DNA of 64,000 nucleotides from Caldilineaceae bacterium (GCA_022821585.1 JAJEDI010000091.1:49547-113546), one strand, 5' to 3'; shown: positions 19,510 through 27,811, counted from the first letter of the stretch. Numbers and translations: made by a program. The notes: generated by a model from the sequence alone, not told the origin.

Positions 19510-20868
19510 GAAACGCCCACATTCAATCTGAAGGCCGTAGTACGAGAAACGGGCATCAAGGCGGAAACGTTGCGGGCATGGGAGCGCCGGTATGGGATTC
19601 CCCGACCGGCCAGGAGTCCGGGCGGTCACCGCATTTACTCGCGAAGAGATGTAGACACCCTACACTGGTTGAATCGGCGTCGCTTGGAAGGTCTCAGCAT
19701 AAGCCGCGCAGCCGAGCGCTGGCAGACGTTGGAGAGCGAGGGGCGAGACCCACTCCACGAGCAGGGAATAGCCACCGACCTGCCATTCTATGGAAGCCGC
19801 CTGTCAGAAATCTCGCAGTTCAAGGTAGGCGAAGCCGAAGACATTGATGACCAGATCAGTACTGCTTGCACCTATTGGACGGCTGCCTGCGTTGCCTTTG
19901 ATGAGTCTGAGGCGCAGAGAATTCTCTCCCAAGCTTTCGCCCTGTTCCCTGTCGAAACAGTTTGCCTTCATGTGCTCTGCGAGGGACTGCGAAAACTGGG
20001 AGGAGACTGGCACGCCGGTAAACTGACCGCTCAGCAGGTCTCCTTTGCCGCAGCCCAGGCCATGCAGCGGGTCAAAGTGCTGCTGGGCGCTTCTCCACCG
20101 CCGAACAGACCCGGCCTGGTGTTGATGGCCTGCCCACCAGGAGAGCTTCACACTTTCGGCTTGGCGCTATTGCAGCTCATTTTGAAGAGGCGGGGTTTTG
20201 GGACTGTCTTCCTGGGCGAGAACCTCTCTCTTGGCGATATGGAAGAAACGCTGCATAGAGTTCAGCCCGACCTCGTCGTACTCGTTTCCCAGCAACTTCG
20301 AACTGTCGGCAGTCTCTTGGACATGTCTGAACTGATTGTCGGGCAGAGGGTACCTGTCGCATTCGGAGGGCGTATTTTCAATCTCTCTGAGACTATCCGG
20401 AAAGGCGTGCCTGGGGATTTCCTCGGCCACGATTTACTTCAAGCGGGGATCAGAGCCGAAGGTCTTCTCGTGAACCCGGGTCACCTGAACGGGCTCTATC
20501 CGCCCAGCAACGGTTACCAAGACCTGATCGGCCGATATCGGGCCAGTTTGCATATGATCTCGGCTCAAGTCTTGAGCGGGAAAAATGGGATTCCTCCGGA
20601 TTGGGCAATTTTGGGAAGGCCTTCTTTCAGCCTAACCAGCTCCATGATGTCGGCGCTGCGTTTTGGTGACCTTGGCCTGATCTCTCTCGAAGCAGAGTGG
20701 GTTTACACTTTCCTTGAGTCCCGAGGCCTGCCATTCGGAATGCTGGAAGAGTACCTGAACCTGGGTATGTCCGTTGTCCAATCTGTCCTTGGCAGTGAGG
20801 GCGACCCCATTGTCGGTATGTTGGAAACTCTGCGAAGAGACGTGCGCCAGTGCTACGAACAGACCTAG
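19501..20868 (+). CDS. MerR-family transcriptional regulator with a cobalamin-binding domain (CarH/LitR-like) and an extra C-terminal domain
   Basis: The ATG at 19501 lies within ORF 19456..20868. MerR HTH (FNLKAVVRETGIKAETLRAWERRYGIPRPARSPGGHRIYSRRDVDTLHWL). B12-binding-2-like helical bundle (GGDWHAGKLTAQQVSFAAAQ). Rossmann B12 motif ExHxxG (PPGELHTFGLALL). About 130 further residues have no recognisable domain. Confidence 0.8.
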   Translation: MSTETPTFNLKAVVRETGIKAETLRAWERRYGIPRPARSPGGHRIYSRRDVDTLHWLNRRRLEGLSISRAAERWQTLESEGRDPLHEQGIATDLPFYGSRLSEISQFKVGEAEDIDDQISTACTYWTAACVAFDESEAQRILSQAFALFPVETVCLHVLCEGLRKLGGDWHAGKLTAQQVSFAAAQAMQRVKVLLGASPPPNRPGLVLMACPPGELHTFGLALLQLILKRRGFGTVFLGENLSLGDMEETLHRVQPDLVVLVSQQLRTVGSLLDMSELIVGQRVPVAFGGRIFNLSETIRKGVPGDFLGHDLLQAGIRAEGLLVNPGHLNGLYPPSNGYQDLIGRYRASLHMISAQVLSGKNGIPPDWAILGRPSFSLTSSMMSALRFGDLGLISLEAEWVYTFLESRGLPFGMLEEYLNLGMSVVQSVLGSEGDPIVGMLETLRRDVRQCYEQT

Positions 20869-20956
20869 ACCACGTAGGCATTCCTCTGGACTCGGTCCGG
20901 TCCAATTGTGGAAGGCTAGGCCCCAGTTTGCGTTACTTAAGGGCTGCCAGGCAAGG

Positions 20957-21748
20957 ATGGCTTACCTAGAATTCCTGGCAGTTTTCATCGGCATTCCCGC
21001 TCTTTTTTTCGTACTCTTTAACGCTGCGCTAAGCAGACTTGGGTATGAGCTCCCCTTTTCGATGCGGGCCTGGCCTGCACTGTCTGTGGTTGGCGGCCAT
21101 GTCCTACTAGCACTCTTCTATACAACTCCCTGGGACAACTATCTGGTAGCCACAAGAGTATGGTGGTACGACCCGGACCTCGTTCTCGGTATCACCTTTG
21201 GCTATGTGCCCTTCGAAGAGTACATCTTTTTTGTCGGACAGACCGTGCTCCTGGGCTTGGCACTTATAGCGGCTGCTCGCGTCTTGTCAGATTCAACGCC
21301 CTCCTTTCGCTCTCGGCCCAAACTTCGACTGTTGTCCGCGGGATTGACTTTGGCTGGCTGGCTGGTCGGTCTTCTATTGCTGTTACTTGATCATCATCCC
21401 GGTACTTACCTGGGACTGGAATTGACCTGGGGATTGATTCCGCTCTTGGTTCAGATGACTTTCGGCGCAGACATTCTGTGGCATCACCGGCGCCCTGTGC
21501 TTTGGACGCTATTGCCGGGAACCCTATATTTGTCAGGCGCGGATGCCCATGCGATTCGCTCTGGGACCTGGACTATCGATCCGAAGCAATCTTTGGGGGT
21601 TACACTGGGAGGAATCCTGCCCCTGGAGGAGTTCATTTTCTTTTTTTTGACGTCATCGATGGTCGTTTTTGGTGTTACGTTGGTAATAGCGAGGCAAAGT
21701 CACGAGAGGGCCCTGTGGCTTTTGGGCGGATCGAGGAGTCCCCAATGA
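20957..21748 (+). CDS. fused lycopene cyclase domain protein (CrtYc-CrtYd type)
   Basis: Internal ATG of ORF 20774..21748. 263 aa and polytopic, with two copies of the cyclase-domain PxEE motif (GYVPFEEYIFF and GILPLEEFIFF). Confidence 0.8.
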   Translation: MAYLEFLAVFIGIPALFFVLFNAALSRLGYELPFSMRAWPALSVVGGHVLLALFYTTPWDNYLVATRVWWYDPDLVLGITFGYVPFEEYIFFVGQTVLLGLALIAAARVLSDSTPSFRSRPKLRLLSAGLTLAGWLVGLLLLLLDHHPGTYLGLELTWGLIPLLVQMTFGADILWHHRRPVLWTLLPGTLYLSGADAHAIRSGTWTIDPKQSLGVTLGGILPLEEFIFFFLTSSMVVFGVTLVIARQSHERALWLLGGSRSPQ

Positions 21749-22527
21749 GAGTGGTAACTGTGTGCCGCGCCAGTGTCTTGTTTCTGTCCCTGCTTTCGGC
21801 GCTTATCGTGTCTGATGCCGCTCTCGCCCACCAGCCGTTCTTTGAGGAGACGGACACAACATCCAGCACACCAATGATGGTTAGCGACCCTGATATTTCG
21901 ACGGCTCTGTTCTCAACCCTGGAGAAGCCCGGGGACGTCGACTTCTTTGCCTTCACCGTGTCGGCCGGACAGACAGTTGAAATCGGAATGACAATTCCCC
22001 AGATCAGTGGACAAGAAGAGTTTGCGCCTACCATTGGCGTGATCGCAACTGGCCTGGAAAGAGGTGGAGTTTCCGAACTGCCAGCCGATGCCCTGGCACT
22101 CCTTTCGGGTGATGAGGGTGCATACCTGCTGGAACCCGCTGAAGCTACCATCTTCTTTGAGCCGTTCAGCCGCACGGCCTACTGGCGAAGACAACGCCGT
22201 CAGATTACGTTTCCTGCCGATGGCGAGGCCGTCGTGGTAGTCTGGCACAGCCGGGGCGCCGTTGGCCGATACACACTCGTCGTCGGCCAGCGTGAAGTGC
22301 TTGGGGGAGACACAGCTTTCGCGCGCAAGATAAAGGAGTACTGGACGCCGGTCTTAGTCCCACCAGCAGATGAATTCGACAGTCATGCCGGTCCGGCCGA
22401 GAATGCCGACCAACGGCCGCCAGCTTTACAGTCAGATACCTCTGACCCGGAAACCGCCACACCCCGTTGTTCGTGGCTTATGCGGCTTCTGGCTGCCCTG
22501 CTCGGGACGGAAGAACGTTGTCAGTGA
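21745..22527 (+). CDS. secreted protein of unknown function with a PPC-like (pre-peptidase C-terminal-like) beta domain
   Basis: The ATG overlaps the cyclase stop by 4 nt (ATGA). Sec signal peptide MRVVTVCRASVLFLSLLSALIVSDAALA with an AxA site directly before HQPFFEE. There is a GDVDFFAFTVSAGQTVEIGM block, and the C-terminal tail is CSWLMRLLAALLGTEERCQ. Confidence 0.6.
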   Translation: MRVVTVCRASVLFLSLLSALIVSDAALAHQPFFEETDTTSSTPMMVSDPDISTALFSTLEKPGDVDFFAFTVSAGQTVEIGMTIPQISGQEEFAPTIGVIATGLERGGVSELPADALALLSGDEGAYLLEPAEATIFFEPFSRTAYWRRQRRQITFPADGEAVVVVWHSRGAVGRYTLVVGQREVLGGDTAFARKIKEYWTPVLVPPADEFDSHAGPAENADQRPPALQSDTSDPETATPRCSWLMRLLAALLGTEERCQ

Positions 22528-22589
22528 TTTTCCGTCTCCCAGCTCTCAGGCGCAATGTTTTTGCAGCTTGTCACGGCAGGAGCGTCCGA

Positions 22590-23390
22590 GTGCTGTCAGA
22601 GTTACGGAGTCAGTTTGGTCTTGGCAGCCGCATACTGTTTGGCCTCTGGTTGCTCCTGATGATTCTGATCCCCCATGTTCACCGGTTGGCCGACCGACCT
22701 ACCTTCCTTGCTGCATTGTCGCTCGCCATCGTAGTACAGGTTAGCCTGGTCCTCAGTCTTCTCTTAACTGCTCTTAGGGCACAAGCAACCCTGAACTCTT
22801 TACTGTGGATCCTCGCGATTGCATGGTTGGCCGAGTTCATTGGTCACAGGACAGGGGTGCCTTTCGGCCGCTACACATATACAGACGCTCTCCGTCCCCT
22901 GGTTGGGGGCGTACCGATACAGGTTCCCGCCGCATGGCTCATGATGTTGCCGCCGGCCTGGGCAGCAGGCACGGCAGTTTGCCCTAGGTGTTTTTCAACA
23001 GACCGCGCCTCCAATTGGAAGCATTTGGCTGCCTATTCTTTCGTTTCCGGTCTGGCGTTCACGGCTTGGGACCTGTTTCTTGATCCGCAGATGGTTGCCT
23101 GGGGAGTCTGGAAATGGGAAACGCCGGGCTTTTACTTCGGCGTTCCTGCCATCAATTTCTTCGGCTGGGCACTGATTGCATTCATTGCATTGCTATGTCT
23201 TTCCCGCACTTTAGACTCCGATTCAGTTCCGAGAGAGGCTCTTCTCCTCGTCTACACGACAGTGTGGTTACTCAATTCCCTTGGACTGGGTCTGTTCTTT
23301 GATCAGCCCGGCGCCGCAGCTGCAGGCTTCGTCGGTATGGGGTTATTTGTAGTTTTGGCCTGGCGACAAGTCCTTTCCGCACGCCAATGA
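22590..23390 (+). CDS. cruF: carotenoid biosynthesis protein of the DUF422/CruF family (carotenoid 1,2-hydratase type)
   Basis: Within ORF 22467..23390. I prefer the GTG at 22590 because AGGAG lies 7 nt upstream and it falls after the upstream stop. Polytopic, with blocks LAEFIGHRTGVPFGRYTYTD, VPIQVPAAWLMM and FTAWDLFLDPQMV typical of the family. Confidence 0.65.
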   Translation: MLSELRSQFGLGSRILFGLWLLLMILIPHVHRLADRPTFLAALSLAIVVQVSLVLSLLLTALRAQATLNSLLWILAIAWLAEFIGHRTGVPFGRYTYTDALRPLVGGVPIQVPAAWLMMLPPAWAAGTAVCPRCFSTDRASNWKHLAAYSFVSGLAFTAWDLFLDPQMVAWGVWKWETPGFYFGVPAINFFGWALIAFIALLCLSRTLDSDSVPREALLLVYTTVWLLNSLGLGLFFDQPGAAAAGFVGMGLFVVLAWRQVLSARQ

Positions 23391-23974
23391 ATGTTGTAAT
23401 CTGGGCAATGGCCGCGTACGTCTGTGGAAGCTTACCTTTTTCCGTCTGGCTGGGGCGTCTTTTCCTGGGAACGGAGATTCGAAAGTTCGGAGATGGAAAT
23501 CCCGGAGGCACGAATGTTATTCGGGCCGGAAACAGGCCGCTAGGCCTTGCCGTCATCTTCCTCGACGGGTTGAAAGGCTTGATTCCGGTTCTCGCGGCGC
23601 AGGAGATCGAAGGCCTGCAAAGTTGGGCGCTTGCTTCAGTGGCCCTTGCTGCTGTTGCAGGACATGCTTTCTCAATCTTTCTCCACTTTCAGGGAGGGAA
23701 AGCGGTAGCCGTCACGTTTGGAATCTGGGCCGGCCTGACTGGGTGGAGCACACTGTTCGTACTGGGCGCACTACTTGTGTTCGCTTACTTTCTGATCTCG
23801 ATAAATGGCTGGGCGGTCGTGTGCACGCTCATCGGACTGCTGATCTTCATAACGGTAACCGGCTCTAGCGGCCCTCTCCTATGCGTGTGGCTTGGCAACA
23901 GTCTGATAGTCGGCTGGAAACACCGTCTCGACCTGGCTCAGCGGCCTGAGTTTCGGATTCCATTTCTGCAATGA
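23387..23974 (+). CDS. plsY: PlsY-family acyl-phosphate-dependent acyltransferase
   Basis: 195 aa. GSLPFSVWLGRLF..IRKFGDGNPGGTNVIRAG..LDGLKG and AVAGHAFSIFLHFQGGKAVA match PlsY motifs. It has 4-nt ATGA overlaps with both flanking genes. Confidence 0.8.
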   Translation: MNVVIWAMAAYVCGSLPFSVWLGRLFLGTEIRKFGDGNPGGTNVIRAGNRPLGLAVIFLDGLKGLIPVLAAQEIEGLQSWALASVALAAVAGHAFSIFLHFQGGKAVAVTFGIWAGLTGWSTLFVLGALLVFAYFLISINGWAVVCTLIGLLIFITVTGSSGPLLCVWLGNSLIVGWKHRLDLAQRPEFRIPFLQ

Positions 23975-25101
23975 CAGCGCTGCTCTTGACCATTGCATCC
24001 GTTGCGCTCATTGGCATGTTGCTGATCTTGCTGACTAATCTCCACAGTTTTCCCAATCTCAAGGAAGGCGAAGTTTCCGGTAAGAGCGCTAGAGTGTCAG
24101 TAATGATTCCGGCGCGCAATGAAGCTGCCGTCATTGGAGAGTCTGTACGCAGTTTGTTGCGCCAGTCCTATATCCGGATGGAGTTACTCATCCTGGACGA
24201 TGGCTCTGAGGATGGAACAGAAGAGGTTGCGGTCGAAGCCTCCGGCGACGACGAACGACTGCGTGTTATCTGTGGCAGCCCGGTTCCTCGCGGCTGGCTG
24301 GCCAAGAACTGGGCCTGTCAACAACTTGCCGAACAGGCGGACGGAGAGATTCTCGTTTTTGCAGATGCCGACGTATTCTGGCATCGGCGCGCCCTAGACG
24401 CATTGCTATGCGAAATGGGCAGGACTGACGCCGGCATGCTCGCTGTCATGCCGACTCAGAAGACTGTATCCTGGCCCGAACGTCTTTGCGTTCCACTGAT
24501 GGCGCTCGCCATTCACGCTTACCTGCCGGCCGCTGCTGTACACCGACCCACCCACCCTCTGCTGGCGGCTGCAAATGGCCAGTGCATCGCCTTCACACGT
24601 GCCGTCTATGAGGGAATAAATGGACATGCCTCGGTGAAAGCGAATGTCCTCGATGACATCGGACTGGCCCGCCGTGTCAAAGGAGCCGACCTGAATCTGC
24701 GTATGGTCGAAGCGGACGGACTCATCACCTGTCGCATGTACAGAGACTGGAAGACGGTGCGCGAAGGCTATGCGAAAAATATCGTCGCCGGGTTCGGCGG
24801 CATTGCCGGCTTGTTTGCCGGAACTGTCTTTCACTGGTTAGTCTTCCTTGTCCCCTGGGGTCTTCTCGGCCTGGGGTTCACGGGCGGGCGGGTTCCTTGG
24901 CATCCGTACTGGGCGTTGTTTCTCGTCGGCGCAGGCTTCTGCGTCCGAGCCGTTACGGCCTGGCGGACCGGCCAGCGACCAGGGGACGCGCTTCTGCTTC
25001 CCGTGTCGGTGTTGCTGATGACAGGCATTGCGGTCCAGGCGGTGTGGTGGCACTGGCGTTATGGAGGACCACTATGGAAAGGTCGCCGCGCCGTGCCTTA
25101 G
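23971..25101 (+). CDS. family 2 glycosyltransferase with C-terminal TM helices (CrtQ/CruC-like carotenoid glycosyltransferase candidate)
   Basis: VSVMIPARNEAAVIGESVRSLL, LILDDGSEDGT, RGWLAKNWACQQL and LVFADADV (DxD), followed by 3-4 C-terminal TM segments. Confidence 0.75.
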   Translation: MTALLLTIASVALIGMLLILLTNLHSFPNLKEGEVSGKSARVSVMIPARNEAAVIGESVRSLLRQSYIRMELLILDDGSEDGTEEVAVEASGDDERLRVICGSPVPRGWLAKNWACQQLAEQADGEILVFADADVFWHRRALDALLCEMGRTDAGMLAVMPTQKTVSWPERLCVPLMALAIHAYLPAAAVHRPTHPLLAAANGQCIAFTRAVYEGINGHASVKANVLDDIGLARRVKGADLNLRMVEADGLITCRMYRDWKTVREGYAKNIVAGFGGIAGLFAGTVFHWLVFLVPWGLLGLGFTGGRVPWHPYWALFLVGAGFCVRAVTAWRTGQRPGDALLLPVSVLLMTGIAVQAVWWHWRYGGPLWKGRRAVP

Positions 25102-25151
25102 ATGGCGTCTGGCAAATAGTCTTGAGCGGTCCAGACAAGTGCTTGCCTCAG

Positions 25152-25841
25152 ATGAATGAGGCAGACCTGCACGTTTGGACTCTCAGCTTGGATGTGGACC
25201 GAGAGGCCATTGCCCTGCAGGAAGCCGTGCTGTCTGCCGAAGAGTGGAGAAGGGTCAAGCGTTACTCCTCACCGCACGCAGCCCGACGCTTCATCGTCCG
25301 CCGCGGATTGCTTCGTCGGATACTTGGGAAATACCTCAACCACCCTCCCGACGAAGTCAAATTTGTGTACAACGCTTACGGCAAGCCTTTCCTTGCACCT
25401 GAGTTTTGCTCCGACCTGCAGTTCAGTCTCTCCGACTCGGGAGAACTGGCGGTCCTTGCCTTCGGCTTGAAGGACCCACTAGGCATCGATATTGAACTTT
25501 TTCTGACTGAAAAGGATATTGGAGGCACCCGCCCGTTCGGATCACCCCCAAAAGAAGCAAAACACTGCATCGGAACGGCTTGCCCAACATTCAGCCTTCC
25601 GTTCGTCAGAGCCTGGACCCGTCGCGAAGCAATTGCCAAGGCAGATGGAGTAGGTCTACAGATGTTGACGGGGCTGTCTGAGATGGATGACATGGCCGAT
25701 AACATGCCGCCAACTTTTGCGGCCAACTGTGGCCATTTCGGACGGGGCATTAGTGTTCAGGCTTTGACTCTGCCTGCAGGCTACGTCGGGGCACTGGCCG
25801 CCCGCCCGAGGACCCCAGAAATCAGCTACTTTTCGGTATAG
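25152..25841 (+). CDS. Sfp-type 4'-phosphopantetheinyl transferase
   Basis: Internal ATG of ORF 24897..25841. Motifs: RFIVRRGLLRRILGKYL, YNAYGKPFL, GIDIE and WTRREAIAKADGVG. Confidence 0.8.
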   Translation: MNEADLHVWTLSLDVDREAIALQEAVLSAEEWRRVKRYSSPHAARRFIVRRGLLRRILGKYLNHPPDEVKFVYNAYGKPFLAPEFCSDLQFSLSDSGELAVLAFGLKDPLGIDIELFLTEKDIGGTRPFGSPPKEAKHCIGTACPTFSLPFVRAWTRREAIAKADGVGLQMLTGLSEMDDMADNMPPTFAANCGHFGRGISVQALTLPAGYVGALAARPRTPEISYFSV

Positions 25842-26013
25842 GTAAATCTACGTCTTCGAGCGGCTTTGCACCCAGCGGCACCGTGCTTTAAAGGTCGCAG
25901 GCGGCCACGAGGCCCTCTATTCGACCTCTGAAGTTGGGCAATGGAATCCAGTTTCGGTATAATGGCGACCTGGATGCAGTCTTAACTGAACCGATAGCAA
26001 GAAGGAAAAGAAT

Positions 26014-26304
26014 ATGGCACGACGCAGCCGTAAACGCCGCTACAGCCCAAGCAAGGCCAATCCGCGCAGCTTCAGCGAGCTGCGCGCCAGTAGGGAGCAG
26101 GAGGATGTGCCAACTCCAGTGACTCCCGCTCAGAACCAGCCTAAGGCGCCGGAGCCTTCTGGGCGGCCGCCTGCAGTTGAGGGGAGCAAAGGCCAAGCTG
26201 ACTGGAGCAAGGAGTACAGTCGGGTCTTCTCCGACCTGAAGCAACTCTTGATCGTCTCGGTGGCGCTCTTTGCGTTGATGCTGGTTGTGGGGCTGTTCCT
26301 CTGA
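26014..26304 (+). CDS. hypothetical tail-anchored membrane protein (basic N-terminus, single C-terminal TM)
   Basis: 96 aa with AAGGAAAAG upstream of the ATG. Starts MARRSRKRRYSPSK and ends LLIVSVALFALMLVVGLFL. No recognisable family. Confidence 0.4.
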   Translation: MARRSRKRRYSPSKANPRSFSELRASREQEDVPTPVTPAQNQPKAPEPSGRPPAVEGSKGQADWSKEYSRVFSDLKQLLIVSVALFALMLVVGLFL

Positions 26305-26340
26305 GAGCTGCTCTTAGTCAAGACTTTCCATGGGGCCAGG

Positions 26341-27015
26341 TCAAATGGCCTCTTCTTGAGCAGGCTGGTTCCAAAGAAGAATCACCCGAATGCCCATATG
26401 AAGAAAGCAACAGAGCCAAAAGCTTTGTGTGACGAGGAACAGGCTGGAGGTTGCCGCCAGAACGAGTGCCGTCAGTAGCCGTTCCGATAGAGGTGCAGGC
26501 TGTATATATATGCCGGGCAGTGAGATCGCGGCGGCGACCCATACAGCCCAGTATTGGGGAGACAGCGATGTAGAAAGGCTTATGTACAGAAGTTCCCAAA
26601 CTGCCCCTCGCAGAAAGCACCAGTGAAACTCCTGGGCGCAACTCTCGATGAGCGATGGGCTCAAGGACTCGCCTGTAAGTGAGATTCCGTCAAACTGTTC
26701 TGGTTCAGTATGCAGCCGAATGCGAATCAAAACCAGGAGGACGAGCAGGCAGGCGAGTACGACCAACCCGAAAGTATATCGCGAATCCCACCCCAAGAGT
26801 GTAAGCCCCATCAGGCGGGGAGACAGTCCCCCGAGAATCAGCCCAAAGTAAGGAACCTGGACCCAGCGCACAATTCGAACCAGACGTTCCAGATCCGGGG
26901 AAACCAAACGGGTAACAAGGGTTGCAGCGCCGGCCAATATGAAACTCAACACCAGCCAGATGGCGGCACGCGTCGGAGGGGAAGTCAGTTGTTCTAAGAC
27001 CCATCTACTATCCAT
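26341..27015 (-). CDS. hypothetical polytopic membrane protein
   Basis: 224 aa with about 6 hydrophobic segments; it fills the gap cleanly. The resemblance to CPBP proteases is weak and non-diagnostic (see rejected list). Confidence 0.5.
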   Translation of the reverse strand: MDSRWVLEQLTSPPTRAAIWLVLSFILAGAATLVTRLVSPDLERLVRIVRWVQVPYFGLILGGLSPRLMGLTLLGWDSRYTFGLVVLACLLVLLVLIRIRLHTEPEQFDGISLTGESLSPSLIESCAQEFHWCFLRGAVWELLYISLSTSLSPQYWAVWVAAAISLPGIYIQPAPLSERLLTALVLAATSSLFLVTQSFWLCCFLHMGIRVILLWNQPAQEEAI

Positions 27016-27043
27016 AATCGGATACTAGCGAAACCGAGCTCCT

Positions 27044-27238
27044 GTGACCATCCGACGACTCCTGCTAGTTGTGCTTCTTCTCGTCCTAATCGTCCTGATA
27101 AAGCCCAAAACGGTCTGGTCAGAATTCAAACGAATTCGCGGCCAGTGGAATACGATCCTGACACTGCTGGTGATTGTTGTCGCTGTGTATTTCGCGTTTG
27201 GACTATGGAGGGCTTATGTCAGCGGAGGGATTCCATAG
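27044..27238 (+). CDS. hypothetical small two-TM membrane protein
   Basis: 64 aa, GTG start with a weak SD. LLLVVLLLVLIVLI and ILTLLVIVVAVYFAFGLW. Divergent from the previous gene. Confidence 0.3.
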   Translation: MTIRRLLLVVLLLVLIVLIKPKTVWSEFKRIRGQWNTILTLLVIVVAVYFAFGLWRAYVSGGIP

Positions 27239-27346
27239 CGTTCGGTCGCAGGCGTCGCCAAGGAAGGGGAAGAGCGCTCGAATGCCGGCGCACTACCCGG
27301 ACTCGCGACAGCAAATTCCCCCGCAGAGCGTGCTTCCCCTACCCAG

Positions 27347-27811
27347 TCACGAGATGGCTGCCAGTGCGCCAGTGGGGCTGTCAGCAGGAGCCACGTTGTA
27401 GGAAACCTCAATCAAGTTTCCATCTTCGTCGATTACAAAGTGACTACGGTGGATTCCCATGAAAGTGCGACCGTACATCGTCCGTTCGCCCCAAACGCCG
27501 TATGCCTCAGCAATTGTGTGGTCTTCATCCACGAGCAAGGTGAATGGCAGGTCGAACTTGGAACGGAACTTTTCGTGGCTCTCTTGGCCGTCGGGGCTGA
27601 TGCCGAAGACGACCGCATTTTTCTCCTCAAAATCTATATGCAAGTCCCGGAACCCGCAGGACTGTGTGGTGCATCCTGGTGTATCGTCCTTAGGGTAAAA
27701 GTAGAGCACTACCTTCTGTCCGCGGTAGTCGGTCAAACTTACGGTGTCGCCACTGTCGGTCTTTGCCTCAAAAGTCGGTGCGGGGGAGCCGGCTGCCAGT
27801 TCCGTTCTCAT
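27347..27811 (-). CDS. bcp: thioredoxin-dependent thiol peroxidase (peroxiredoxin Bcp)
   Basis: Internal ATG of ORF 27347..27895, preceded by GGAGGAAGAC. APTFEAKTDSGDTVSLTDYRGQKVVLYFYPKDDTPGCTTQSCGFRD contains the CxxxxC peroxidatic/resolving pair. Confidence 0.9.
   Translation of the reverse strand: MRTELAAGSPAPTFEAKTDSGDTVSLTDYRGQKVVLYFYPKDDTPGCTTQSCGFRDLHIDFEEKNAVVFGISPDGQESHEKFRSKFDLPFTLLVDEDHTIAEAYGVWGERTMYGRTFMGIHRSHFVIDEDGNLIEVSYNVAPADSPTGALAAIS

Noticed and set aside
21641-21648. Homopolymer runs inside coding regions (T8 here in the cyclase gene; A8 at 48653-48660 in livM) as possible phase-variation or frameshift sites.
   Set aside because: Both reading frames continue uninterrupted through conserved protein sequence (FIFFFLT and YQKKPGW). 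There is no alternative-frame ORF of note, and runs of 8 are too short to argue for programmed slippage without further evidence.
26341-27015. Possible CPBP (CAAX-type) intramembrane protease with flanking small membrane peptides as an immunity/bacteriocin-like module.
   Set aside because: The diagnostic EExxxR and HxxxN/D motifs are not present in register: the protein has QEFHWCFLRG and FLHMGIR instead. I keep it only as a hypothetical membrane protein.
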